Shown here: piece by piece, positions 33,572-48,959 of the stretch
Numbering within the stretch: the stretch's first letter is position 1
How the letters are laid out: the number at the start of each line of letters is the position of its first letter
Source of the DNA: the human T2T-CHM13v2.0 reference genome, Homo sapiens
DNA length: 64,000 bases
Strand: one strand, 5' to 3'
NCBI RefSeq assembly: GCF_009914755.1
Contig: NC_060927.1
Position numbers and translations under genes: made by a program
The notes under the pieces: model-generated
The model's database searches: none
The model's input: the letters and a program-made list of their open reading frames with translations, nothing else
What the model was told of the DNA's origin: nothing

Positions 33572-34697
33572 CAGTGACATTTCAAAAACCTCATCAAGTA
33601 CATTGAACACAAAATGATCCTGCCAACCTGTCTCTCCCTTATCCTACTTCATCCTGGGTTAAAATCAGCTTCACAGGAAAATACTTCTATCCTGGCTACG
33701 GGCAAATCAAAAAAGAAGCTTCATAAGTCACCCCGTCATAGCATAGTCTTCACGAAGCCTGGGAAAAATGGCTCTGCAGAGGCATTGCTGCTTTTGCTCT
33801 GTCACCCCTGCCTTGCCTGCCCAGCTGGGGCTCTATTTGCAAATGCCAGAATGTCCAGGCAGGTGGCAGAACTCCAACAGAGCAAGGCACTAGGGGGGTG
33901 CAGGGGGATTCTTTCCTCTAGAGTATCCACCCAGAGGCCACCCAAGGCCTGCACCAGAGATTGGGACTACTTACTGTACTGTCCTCTCCCTTGGGTGAAG
34001 ACTGGGCGTATGAGGCCCTCTGTGTAGATAAAGAGCTTCCATATAGACAGCACCATCTAGCATGGTTCCCTTTCATGATTAATTGCAATGTTTTTGCTTT
34101 TAATTTAGCAAGGCTTATGGCCATGTAGTTCCCAAGCCATGTCATTCTCAAATATTTCACTTGGCCGTATCTTACAGACTCAGGGATGCTCTCAGTATGT
34201 GTGAGGGGGTCTACAAGTGAGAATTGAGGGAAGCAGAGAGAGCCACATTTGTTCAGTGCCTACTATGCACCAAGCACTATCCTAGGGGCTTTACTTATGT
34301 CATTTCATTTTGTTCTTACAAAAACACGTCATGCACATGAGGGAGCTGAGGTTCTGCTAAGTTATAGGTTGTTATTTTCTCAAAATCATAAAGTTAATAA
34401 GAGGCAGAGTTTGGAGTCATACTGAAGTGTGTCTGCCTCCTAAGCCACCATGTTTTCACAGCATCCCTCCACCTAAGGGAAGGGGAGGGGAGAAAGCAGC
34501 CAACCACAGCCATGACTCCAGTTTCGCTTGGAGTTCTTGAATTACCAGCAGTGGATTCTTCCTTACCTATAGGCTTGTACTCCTAGCCACCAACCCCATG
34601 GCTAAATTACAAGTAAATAGAACACAATTGAGAAATTGCTCAGCAAACTAAAATCTAATCTATTCTGCTTTGTATGCCAACTGATTGCCTTATGGAC

Positions 34698-34934
34698 CAG
34701 TGGTCTCCAATATTTTTTTGAATGTGTATCTTAGTAAAAAACTGTTGATCACATACCCTCAATAAAACTGTGTTTATTTTTTAGAGGCTACCTGAAAAAT
34801 AGAAAAAAACAAAAGTGAACATTCATAATATGATATTTTAGCAGTTAGAAGTTTTAATATTTTTCTTTCCACGTTTGAATGGGTCAACTTGCACTCATTG
34901 CTGTATTAACAGTCATTAACCCGGAAGACCACTG
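34698..34934. mobile_element. Probable hAT-Charlie MITE
   Basis: Termini cagtggtctcc / ggaagaccactg; TSD not preserved. Confidence 0.5.
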
Positions 34935-35892
34935 TCATATTCAGTTACTGTTGAGATGCAAACCTGCTGCTATATACCAAGACTCATCCGTCAACATTTA
35001 AGAAAACCCTACCTAGCAATGGTTATAAGTACCTATAATGGAAGACTACTATTTCAGTAGCCAAAAAACTCAGGTGACTTCATGGCATCTTCCACATTGC
35101 CAATCAGAATCCTCCTAGATCCATTCATGCCCAAGTGGCATTCTGGTCCCTAAATGTAGGGCACATTTGCCTAGCTCCTTCCTAAATGATCTGATTACCA
35201 TAGTTAATTCGTTTAAAAATGGGCCAGAACTGAAGAACATACCACAAAAACTCAGATTTTTGTGTAAACTTTCATCATGAAAAACGTGCCCTGAATTTGA
35301 AGTGGAGAAGAGCTTGAAACTTCTTCATTTCTATATTGTAGAAAGTTATTTGGTCACAAAAGAGCATCCACTCTGCATCCCACTGAAGTCTAATTTATGT
35401 TTTTTGGTCACAAGTTCCTCTTTGGGATGCCTACAGCTCTACTCCCTGAGTGAGGAGGCTACATGTCTTATCTTTTTAAGTACCCCTTTCCATGGCTTGT
35501 CTGAGCTGAGGAGAGAGTCTGCCTAAGAAGGACCCCACTAACAGGGAGTTCCCTCTCCTGAGCCACAGGTGAGGTGTATCCAAATGAAGGGAGTATATCG
35601 GGCAAAGCAGCCAGTGGAGTGTGTGCAGTTTGGGGGATGAGAAAACGGATCAGGAAAAAGGTAACTGTCTAGAGAAGACTGTTCAGGAAGGTGATCAAAC
35701 AAGGAGAAGGGTCCATGGCAAACATCACAAGTCAAATTTCAAACCCAAGAGCTTAAAGAACCTGGGGATTTCAGCAGAGCCAAAACTGGATAGGCCATCT
35801 GGGCAAATACCAAAGAGGACTGTTCTCTTCAGGCGGCTTTTACATGCTCACTGAGACACGGCAGAGGGAAGAACAACTCCAAGCTGAAATGC

Positions 35893-36070
35893 CCTTGTTG
35901 TCAAACTTTCTGGGCCTAGGATCAATGGGGACTTTCTCAAAAATGAGATTCTAGTTCAGTATATTTTGGAGGGGGACAGGGGATGGAGACTATGAATCTG
36001 GATTTTTAACAAATACCCCCAAGAAATTCTCATGCAAGTGTTCCATGGACCAGGTTTTTAAAAGCACTGA
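35893..36070. mobile_element. MER5-like hAT MITE
   Basis: gaatctggatttttaacaaataccccc...aaagcactg. Confidence 0.6.
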
Positions 36071-37513
36071 AATTAGTTATTGTCATGCTCAGGTTAATAG
36101 GCTCCATTAAAAAAAGTATCTCCCTGGGGTTTAAAGTGTATATATACATAAATGATTTAAACTATCATATAAGTTAGCATATACTTTGTATTTTTCCCAC
36201 TGAAAGAGGTACCCCAAAATTATCCCCTGTCAAATTAAATACTACCAATAAAAAAGTTCAGTACCAGGAGGCAAGGAGTGTAGTGAATGACAGGCAATAG
36301 TACTTATGATACCCTCCTAATGGCAGGATGCTGCAACATAAAACACTCTTTAAGAGTTATCTTACAATTAATTGTGTCCTAGGGCACAAAGCTGATCCGT
36401 GTAGAGTTTATATTAGCCCTGTAATAATTTCTATTTCTCTTTATAGTTATCTCTCTTTCTTTTGCATAACTCATGGTTCAAAGGCAATACAAGCATCTCT
36501 CTAACATTAAAATCAGTTTAGTATTTTAAGACTTCGAGAGAAAGGACCATAATAGGGTTGCCAAGTAGTATTCGGATCTTGCAACAACCAAGAAAATTAC
36601 AAAGACTTGGAGAAAACAGTAAAAATAGCAGTGAGTTGATAGTAAGCACTCTATTGTAAAGGAAAAGATAGTGGTGATATGTCTGTTAAAATTGTGGATT
36701 TCTTGTTTTGAAGGAATGTCAGCTCCATTTCTAGGGCAGTGACAGCCAGCAATGAAGATTCAGCAGTACAAAGGGTATGGGCATGATGTTTGGCTAGTGT
36801 TAAAGAAAAATTCTTCCTAGGTTATGATAATAAAGAGTGAAACCTCTATGGTGCTTTTTTTCATGTGTCTGTTCATTTTTATGGGAATATGGTATGAATT
36901 ATAGTGCTGGCTTCCGTTGGAATTCAGTCTATTTCCTTGTTGCTTTCTTTATCCTAACATTCTGCAAAATATTTGATATAACTGCCTGCATGACTATGAT
37001 ATTGGCATTCCTTCAAATGCAGTAATTTACTCCCGTACTTAATGCTAGCTTTTACTGAACTATTTATTTGGCTACATGTGCTGTCACTACCTTTATAGAA
37101 AGACATTCAAATTTATGTTGCTGCCTGCTTTGTGCCCATTTTAATTGATATGTTTACTTTTTACAGACTATGCAGAAATTTATTCTAATATATTTTGTAT
37201 TGTAACTCACTTTTTAGTACTAGTATTTCCATTAGAAATAGTAGTACGAACTGTGCTAGTACAGTTCCATTATTTTTCCTTTTGCAGCACCACATGTATG
37301 GCAGAAGGCTTAATTAACCAGTCTATTTGTGATGTTTTATTTCTATCTTAGGTACCAATATTTAATGGTAATCAACATATTTCGGTAGAGCTACGTATTT
37401 TATATTTTTCAAAGGTTAATAGAATATTATATGTTATACTGTATTACATAAACAAAATTATATCTTCCCCTAAAAACATTTTAAAATCACTTTTAATAAA
37501 AGTTTAGAGATAA

Positions 37514-37812
37514 GGCCGGGTACAGTGGCTCATGCCTGTAATCCCAGCACTTTGGGAGGCCAAGGTAGACAGATCACCTGAGGTCAGGAGTTTGAGACCA
37601 GCCAGGCCAGCATGGCGAAACCCTGTCTCTTCTAAAAATACAAAAATTAGCCAGATATGGCGGTGGGCACCTGTAATCCCAGCTACTCAGGAGGCTGAGG
37701 CAGGAGAATTGCTTGAACCCAGGAGGCAGAGGTTGCAGTGAGCCGAGAGATTGCACCACTGCACTCCAGCCTGGGTGACAGAGCGAGACTGTGTCTTAAA
37801 AAAAGAAAAAAA
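37514..37812 (+). mobile_element. Alu
   Basis: Full dimer; flanked by gtttaga(g/a)ataag. Confidence 0.92.
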
Positions 37813-38616
37813 TGTTTAGAAATAAGTCTCCTATTGAGTGTTTGCTATGCTGCAGGCAACTTTATGTGGGTTATTTTATTTAATCCTTATGATAACCTTA
37901 AGAGGTAGGTACTATTATTATCCCTATTTTATATATGGTGGAAGTAAGACTCAGTGAGAGGAAGTGACTGGCCCAAGTCACACAACCAGTAAGTGGGCTT
38001 TGAGGAGGGCACCAGGAGCCCGTAGGCTCTGCCCCTATCTGTATAATCCTATCTGCCCGCAACGGGATGCTTCTGGCTTCTGCTGTATACACCGAACGAG
38101 GAAAAGAGTAAGTGAAAATCTTAGATTCCCGTGCCTTGTGATGTCAACCGTGAGCAGAAAGAGTCACAAACAGGAGTCAGTCCATTTAGGTTCTATTTCC
38201 ACCTCCAATTCCTACACCACTCACCAAGTGAACCCAGACACACCACCACCTTCTCTAGTCTTGAGTGTCCTCAAAGTATCAATGAAGCAGCTAGACTGGA
38301 TGAGTATCGAAGGCCTGTCAGTTCTAAATGCTAGGAATTAACTTTCCTGTCATATCTGTAGGTGAAGGGAAGCAGTGCTGGAAAATTTCACTTCTCTTAG
38401 GTGCATTCAGTCCTGTCCTCATAACATTCCGACCCTACACTCTTAATCCAGCACTTATTCTACACCAAACATTAGACACTGTCTCTAATTTAACCCCTCA
38501 AAGAACTTGAAAATGTCAGTGGCGTTATTCCCATTTTATAAGAAAGGGAATTGAGTCTCAGAAAAGGTAACTAGTTTATCTAAAGACACACATAGTAAGT
38601 AAGTAATAGAATTAGG

Positions 38617-38907
38617 AGGCTGGGTGCAGAGGCTCACACCTGTAATCCCGACACTTTGGGAGACCAAGGTGGGCGGATCACCTGAGGTCGGGAGTTCGAG
38701 ACCAGCCTGACCAACATGGAGAAAGCCCGCCTCTACTAAAAATACAAAATTAGCCGGGCGTGGTGGCACACACCTGTAATCCCAGCAACCTGGGAGGCTG
38801 AGGTAGCTTGAACTTGGGAGGCGGAGGTTGCAGTAGCCGAGATCACGCCATTGCACTCCAGCCTGAACAACAAGAGCAAAACTCCATCTCCAAAAAAACA
38901 AAAAATA
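38617..38907 (+). mobile_element. Alu (AluSp-like) in a MIR
   Basis: TSD aattaggag. Confidence 0.9.
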
Positions 38908-39200
38908 ATTAGGAGTAGGCCCCAGGTTTGTCTCCCTCCAAAGCCCACCATGGACCATCACACTTCTTTGAAGTAACTGCCTCCTCCAGCTGTGCTACAC
39001 ATAGATTCAATGTGGAGATGGGAGAGATCAACCATGGTAACTGTAAACCTTCCCTCTTTTCTATCTGTGGCTACAATTTTGTGAATGAGAATGTGTATAG
39101 GGTATGACTTGTAACCTTTCCAAGCACTCTACTTCCTTCCTCTTCTGTCCTCTAAGATGGCTAAGATAAACTGCTTATGAACTATTAAGCAGAACGCAGA

Positions 39201-39578
<378 letters not shown>

Positions 39579-40643
39579 TCAGAATCTCTGTGAAATAGGA
39601 TTGAGTATATTTTCTCTGCCTATCTCACAGAACTATTATGAAAAAAAAGCAAATTTATTCTTCCATTAACAAATATTTGGCAAACACCTAATACATGAAA
39701 GGCACCGTTCTAGATGCTACACACCCCACACATGTCCAAACACCCATTGAGTGTGTTGACCCATCCCAGCAGAGACCCACAAGTTGTGCACTTATTACAA
39801 CCCTTTGACCCTGGGTAATCTCATCTATCATAGTCAGATGATCTAACTCAATTATGTCATCACTAGTTCATGATACTGAGGTGGTTTCAGCAATTTATTT
39901 TGCAAGAAATAATTGTTTTCCCACACTCTTTTGCTCCTACAGGTACCAGCTTGGACTTTTTGGCGAGTTCCCTTACGCTTACACTTCTTTGAAGTAACTG
40001 TCTTTAAGTAAGAAAGTTTTAATAAGAGAGTTCTGCCCTGCTTTACTCACCTGCCCGCCCAGTCCTTCTACCATCTGTGCTTTTTATTTCCTTATATAGA
40101 CCCAAGGACGGGTGTGCCCAAGAGCACAGAAGGTGCCAGGAAGGGACAATGTTAAAGAGGTTTACATGCCAAATGACTGGATCAAAAAGGGAGGAAAGGC
40201 CATCACAGCACACCATTAGCACAGGCTGCATTTCTGGGGAAAAAGGTATCGCCTTGAAGAATAGTTCAGTTTTGCTAGAGAGAGAGAGAGAGAGAATGCA
40301 GCAACCTTCATCAAACACAGGCATAATGACTCGCTCCTTTCCAGCAGGTTTCACCAGTTCCTCCACCTTTCAATAGTCTGACCTGATAGTAAGAATCAAG
40401 GGTGGACTACTTCCTGGCTCTGCCTCTGATTAAATCATAGCAAGTTTTTCTTCTTGTTGTGATGAATTTATTACTCACCAAGGTAAACCACAGCTGCCAA
40501 ACTTGATAATTGACTTCTCTGGGATTCTCCCAGAAAAAGGTGTACATCCTTCACAGCACACAGTTATGAAATTTATGTCACCTTCAATTAAATCTGTATT
40601 TTTACTCTGTATAAATGATGACAAGTTGTGTTGTACGTATTAA

Positions 40644-40755
40644 GTCATGATGAGATTGCGTTATCTACTTCTTGTCATAAAAACACCAACAGTTGCCCCA
40701 TTTTCACTGAAAGTTAAAAGCTAAGGTATACAGCAGAGACTGTGTGTCCTTTTAA
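40644..40755 (+). repeat. Local duplicon copy 1, box C/D snoRNA-like
   Basis: 64/72 identical to 42244-42315 (offset 1600); ATGATGA at 40647, CTGA at 40707. Confidence 0.85.
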
Positions 40756-41167
40756 ATGTTTTTCCTAGCTCAAACATCAGTTTGCAGTAACATAATCTTC
40801 TGTGAGGTCTCATGGGGAGTAAAGCAATTTGGACATCCGCACTGCAACTTGATCCACAGACGCTGTTTAATGCAGCAGACATCTCATGTTACTGTCTTAT
40901 CTATGCTGGAAACACATTAGAGGTGCCTCATCTCCTCTGCCTTCAGCTTCCAAGCATCTCTCCTTACACCCTTTCTTTCATCCTCTTCACCAGTCTCAGA
41001 CAGGGAATGTACTGCTCCCCTCTTTATCTGTTCTCTCTACTACTGTCGGTCTTACCTTCCTCCTTATTCCATTGACTCTCTCTCTCTCTTTCTAGTAACT
41101 TCACTTAGTTAGTGTCTTCTGGTTCACTGCTTCTTCTCTCTGTCTACCCTTCAGAAAAAGCCTCCTT

Positions 41168-41462
<295 letters not shown>

Positions 41463-42243
41463 GCCTCCTCTGCCCTAGAAACAAAAAACCTTGGTGAAGT
41501 TGTTCCATCCGTACACTACCCTGCTCCTCTCCTTCGTTTCTCTGCCAAACTTCTGTTCTCCACCCACTGCTTCCACTTTTATATCATCCATTCGGTTTAA
41601 TCATCTTCAACCTCGAGTTCCAGTGAATGTACATTGTCCAGTGATGTTCATCTTGTCTATCTGCAGTTCTCTGAAGCTGATGATCCCCTTTTTGAAGGAT
41701 TCTCTTTCTTTGAATTCCAAGGAGTTTTCTAATTCTCCCACCTCTGTTTTCTTCATTCTTCATTCCTTTCTTCTCTACAATCACTCCCCCAGAAATCTCA
41801 CCCAGACTCAGGTCTTCTAACTGCTCAATTCAAGCCTTACAGGGCACTTTTAAGTAGCTGTGCCTACCTAAGCGGCATGTCACTATTTCACAGACTTTGC
41901 TTCCTGAACGGCAGCAGGTGGAGACTGGATGTCTGGCGGGGAAAAAAGGCCTGACTCATTCCTAGCCCTGTTCTCCCTGATGTTCCTGTCCATCAGCTCC
42001 TTGCTCATTCTACTGTTACAGACTCACTGCTCTCACATCACCACGTTGTTCCACCTTGGCGGCACATTTATTTATTGTATCTCGGATCCTGAGTTTTCTC
42101 CTGAAGTGTAGTTCTACATTTTAACAACTTCCTAAATATTTCCCCTTGCTTTTCCTATCACTTCAAACTCAAAGCATATGAATAAATGTATTTACCTGTG
42201 GGGGAGTTGGGGGAACATGGTACCCTTTCTGACATTATATTAT

Positions 42244-42355
42244 GTCATGATGAGATTGCATTACCTACTTTTTGTTATGACAACACAGACAGTTGCCCCA
42301 TTTTCACTGAAAGTTACAAAGCTAAGGTGTACAGCCACCTATGTGCCCTTTTAAT
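42244..42355 (+). repeat. Local duplicon copy 2, box C/D snoRNA-like
   Basis: ATGATGA at 42247, CTGA at 42307; lies between L2 fragments. Confidence 0.85.
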
Positions 42356-42403
42356 TTTTTAAATGTTAATATTTTAATTTTAATATTGACAAATGTTATC
42401 AAT

Positions 42404-42868
<465 letters not shown>

Positions 42869-43446
42869 AATATTTTAATTTTAATATTGACAAATGTTAT
42901 CAATGTCATTATCATTCATTTAGTCAATCTCAAAAACCAGTCATTTTTGCTCCCTTCTCGTGTTCTAACTACCAAGCCCTCTTAATTCTTTCTCTGTACT
43001 TCTCTTTTCTTTCCTTACCATTTCCAGTGCCACCACCTTGCTTTCTGTAACCCATCTGCTGCTGGCTTAATCTTCATAAAACACCAGTCACAAACATTTA
43101 ATGCCTACATTAGTCAGAAGTTTTCCATCATAAACAAAAATGCCAGTTCAAACAAAAATGTATAAAGAAAATTTGGCAAACACTTAAATGAAACAGCAAA
43201 AATCTTCAAGCATGGTTGAATCTAGATACTCAAGCAACGTCATTAGGAATCTCTCCCCTCACACCCTTGGGCTGTTGGTTGGCTTCACTCTCAGACACAT
43301 TCTTCCTGAGTGTTGAGGAAAGAGCAGCTACCACCTGTAGACCGATACTGTGAAAGCGTAGCATCATTAGCCGAAAGAAAGAGTACTCTTTCCCAATTGT
43401 CCAGCAGAAGTACTGAAACTGACTTCCATTTGAAAGAGCAGGGTCA

Positions 43447-43744
43447 GCCAGGTGCGGTGGCTCACGCCTGTAATCCCAGCACTTTGGGAATGTGAAGCGG
43501 GTGGATCACGAGGTCAGGAGATCGAGACCATCCTGGCTAACACAGCGAAAACCTATCTCTACTAAAAATACAAAAAATTAGCCAGGCATGGTGGCACGCG
43601 CCTGTAATCCCAGCTACTCAGGAGGCTGAGGCAGGAGAATCACTTGAACCCAGTCGGCGGAGGCTGCAGTGAGCCAAGATCGCGCCACTGCACTCCATAC
43701 TGGGCGACAGAGTGAGACTCCATCTCAAAAAAAGAAGAAAGAAA
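43447..43744 (+). mobile_element. Alu inside an MLT1-like LTR remnant (~43110-44330)
   Basis: TSD gaaagagcagggtca. Confidence 0.9.
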
Positions 43745-43785
43745 GAGCAGGGTCATAGGCCCAACCCTTGAATCAGGAGGGTAAT

Positions 43786-44215
43786 TTTCGTGCGTGTCCG
43801 TGTGAAGAGACCACCAAACAGGCTTTTTGTGAGCAACATGGCTGTTTATTTCACCTGGGTGCAGGTGGGCTGAGTCCAAAAAGAGAGTCAGCAAAGGTGG
43901 TGGATTATCATTAGTTCTTATAGGTTTTGGGATAGGCCGTGAAGTTAAGAGCAATGTTTTGCGGGCAGGGGTGGATCTCACAAAGTACATTCTCAAGGGT
44001 GGGGAGAATTACAAAGAAACTTCTTAAGGGTGGGGGAGATTATAAAGTACATTGATCAGTTAGGGTGGGGCAGAAACAAATCACAATGGTGGAATGTCAT
44101 CAGTTAAGGCTATTTTTACTTCTTTTGTGGATCTTCAGTTACTTCAGGCCATCTGAATGTATACGTGCAAGTCACAGGGGATGCGATGGCTTGGCTTGGG
44201 CTCAAAGGCCTGACA
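43786..44215 (-). mobile_element. Solo LTR7-family (HERV-H) LTR
   Basis: Minus strand begins tgtcaggcctttgagccc; contains gaagagaccaccaaacaggc; 5-bp TSD GTAAT (43781-85 / 44216-20). Confidence 0.95.
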
Positions 44216-44799
44216 GTAATGTCAACCCACTGCATGGATTAAGAGTAGAAAAAGCATGTCTCCCATAGAATATAAAGGTACTAGTACCAAAAGGGAGCAT
44301 GGTTCTGGGTAAACAAAAACAACCAATGTCCAGTTGATTCTCCCACGACTACATGGTGACGTTAAATTCCCTAAGTCTGACTGACATTCAAGATCCTTGT
44401 ACTCAATGTGGCCTAAAACTTCCTTTTCTATTTTCTCACGCCTTATTCAATGCAAAGCTTTCGCTTGAGCCAATCTTAACTATTTGTTATCCCCTGCTAT
44501 CTCCACGGTCTTTCCTATCTCTATACCTTTGTTAATGTCACTAGCCCTACCATGTCTTCAAATTCTGCCCATCCTCCAAAACCAAGATTAGGCCACCCTC
44601 TTTCTGGTCTACTTAACCCTCCCAGATTGCAATACTTTATGCTTTTATTGACTCAATTAATATTGATTGACTACCAGCTGGTCAGATAGGAGACCATGTC
44701 TGTTGTCAGATAGTAAACACTTAACCAAAAGATTGATAAAGATAGAAAAAGTTGATATGAAAGTGAATACTTACTTAGAATGGGAAAATAAATCACAAC

Positions 44800-45620
44800 T
44801 AATTATTAATTTTGAAAAGCTGCCATGTCTCAAACATTACAAGATCCAAAAAGCAACAATATTTTTATTAATTAACTGCCTGGCCCCCCACTATAATACT
44901 TGTTTGCTACATTTTTGGCTGTGTATTCTTTAATCAGCTCTTCATTTGATAATTGCTTTGTAATATTTTCTGTAAAGAAAACAGAGGGGTAACTCAGTAT
45001 TTCCTCTAGCCTGGGTGAGCTTTTCTGCTTTTTTATTACTGATATATTTCAAAACATATTTCAGCTTCATAATTCATATTTGGTAATGTCAGATAAATAT
45101 TTTGAATGCTGTCAAATTTGGGGAAAGTGCTACTATCAAGTTTTTAAAAACCTATGATCTTTAAGGCTTTGAAAATTTTTCAACAGACTAGTTTCTGGCT
45201 CTTAATATTTAAAACCTTGCTACTTCTCCACAACCCACTGCCTCTAGTGCTGGGTGCTATGGGATGTACACATATCATGATGAGAATTCTGGTCCTGCTC
45301 TTTTGGGTGAAGAATGACAAGTGAGTCACCAAGAGGTTCGAAGCCATTCTGTTTCTATACTGGAATGGCTAGCAATCACTTTACCCATGGGGGTGACAGT
45401 GAACATACAAATATATCTTATTAAAATCTTCACTAACTATATTTCTAGCTTAACTGTCCCTTAGCTGGATCCCAAAACTGTTCACAGCCCCTCCAAGGCC
45501 ATGGGGAAAAGTGTTATAGAGGGAAGTTGGAGTGGAAAATTATACCAAATAAATCTATTATGGCTAAATATGTGACTATTGAAATTTTTAAAAACATATG
45601 ACCATACTGCCAGGAAAAAA
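44800..45620. mobile_element. Ancient hAT (Tip100/Zaphod-like) DNA transposon remnant
   Basis: Recognised motifs tttcagcttcataa...ggtaatgtca...gtcaaatttgggg; heavily diverged. Confidence 0.5.
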
Positions 45621-45679
45621 TGTGAATCACTTTGAAATGGACCAGAAAAAAGAAGGTAATGAGAGCCTTATTGGCACAG

Positions 45680-45767
45680 CCTACTTGGTTTTCTATACGG
45701 GATTCTATACATATAGAATCCTACTTGGATTCTATACATATAGAATCCTACTTGGATTCTATACGGG
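45680..45767. repeat. Palindromic 27-bp microduplication
   Basis: (GGATTCTATACATATAGAATCCTACTT) x2 plus partial flanks. Confidence 0.92.
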
Positions 45768-45899
45768 CCTGTGTCTCTTCATAAATGATTGCTGTCCATA
45801 GAAACGCAAATGCATGTTACCTTGTGGAATACTATCGATTACTGCTCTGTGGATACTTACTGCTTTTGAGTGTGTAAGTGCATCTGCACAATCCTAGTT

Positions 45900-46515
<616 letters not shown>

Positions 46516-46900
46516 AGATATATGATGTATATGTAGTTCAAATTTTCCTTCAAACCAGTTGTAATCTCTTATTTGTTCCTTTATTAATCAATGAGTTAAA
46601 TAAAATTTTTGATACATGTTCATTTCATCTCTATGAAAGTCATGATTTTACCTTTAAAAAATGTATCCTTTATCTTTTAGCAATATACCAATATAAACAC
46701 ATTGCAAGATAGAGCTCTAGTGATAAAGTTTCCTTAGCTTCGTGGAAAGCCAACCTTGCTTCTGGCTCTGACATTTTGTGACACAGGAGACTAGGGTCAC
46801 TAGGGTGACCTTGTGTGCTTTGAAAGGCACCTTAACTTTATGTCAAATTTAAATTTTAGGAGGGAGCCAACAAGAGAAACAGAAAGAGCTGTGGAACTGA

Positions 46901-47372
<472 letters not shown>

Positions 47373-47524
47373 ACACCTCCCTTCCTAAAGGAGAACATGC
47401 CAGATCAGCAAGTACAGGTATCCAGCTGCTGAGGTTTGTCCCATCACCTAGACTAGTTTGACAAGTCCTTCTGGGTTTAAAGAAGTGCGAGCCTAAGGGA
47501 ACTGGCTTGTAGGAGCAAAAGAGT

Positions 47525-47617
47525 GATGCTGAGTTAAAATACAGCCTCTTAAATGATGAATTATAGAATTCTAATACCTGTTTACTAAATGATGTTCCCC
47601 AAACAATTAATACCTAT
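47525..47617 (-). repeat. Local dispersed module copy A (unassigned)
   Basis: About 74% identical over ~90 nt to 51499-51587 by manual alignment. Confidence 0.8.
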
Positions 47618-48579
47618 ACCTATCAGTTCTCAGACTGGAGTACCGGCAGCCACCAGCAGACCCACACCTGATCAACTGAGAGCATTAACTCTTTCCTCTT
47701 CCCTTTAACTGAGCTGAGAAAGGTTGCAATTTTTCAAGGTGAATTTTAATTTGTGAAATTCAAACTAGTGCTGTCTCTTTAGCAGTCTCTCATTAGAGCT
47801 GAAACTCAACTTTCAGGTCCCGTTCTTCTTGTACCTGATAGTGCTTCTTCCGTGGAAGAAACAGACCTCAAAGAACTGTGCAAAGGCCTGGCCCAGAATA
47901 ACCTGAAGCTTTTGAAAAATGCAGGCCTCCATCCTTGATCCTCGATCATCCTTTTGAATAGCTTTAAGGACCAAACTCTGTGGTTAACACAAATGTAGGA
48001 GAAATAGCCCATCAGGAGCCAAAAAATTTCCCCAGGTTAATGCTATGTAGAACACTGTAGTTGAGTCGAACATTCTCCAAATTCTTCCCGAAGTACAAGA
48101 GATAGTAACAGTTAACATTTATTGAATGTCACTATGTGTCAGCCTCCAGCATAAGCCCTTTACTGGTGTTTACCATATCCTAGATGAGTCGATTGTAAAG
48201 GCTTTGTAAGTATTAGCTATCATTAACTCACCTGGAAGGGTTGTAAGGGTTAGAAGTGGCATATAGCTAGTGCCTGGCACATAGCAGGCACTCAGTAAAT
48301 GTTTGCTAATATTGGTTTATACAGAATGCTTGAAAACTATGACTTTTAACTGGAGTGATTCTTTTATCTTACATGGAGAGATGTACATAAAGATGATAGT
48401 AACTATTTATCTCCAGTGAGTTGTAGCAGAGACTGGATTTGTTTGTATGGCCCTGAGGAAAAGATTTTTTTTAAGTTGGTATACGTCATAAGGAGCTGGT
48501 AAAAGGAAAGAAAAGGAGAGAGAAGAGAGAAAAGGAAGAGCAGAAGAAGGAAGTTAGGAGGTACGTTTAGAAGTGATGA

Positions 48580-48959
<380 letters not shown>

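Noticed and set aside
35621-35854. 77-aa hydrophilic ORF in unique-looking DNA
   Set aside because: Non-ATG start, no recognisable domain and no convincing exon structure
40614-40653. SECIS-like AUGA...UGA motif
   Set aside because: Upper helix too short, no apical AA at the right spacing, and no associated selenoprotein ORF
47400-47615. Open minus-strand frames in module copies A and B sharing WGTS..FY..SF..LYFN.AS
   Set aside because: The shared residues simply follow the DNA identity blocks. No protein family is recognised, and the weaker copies hit stops in that frame.
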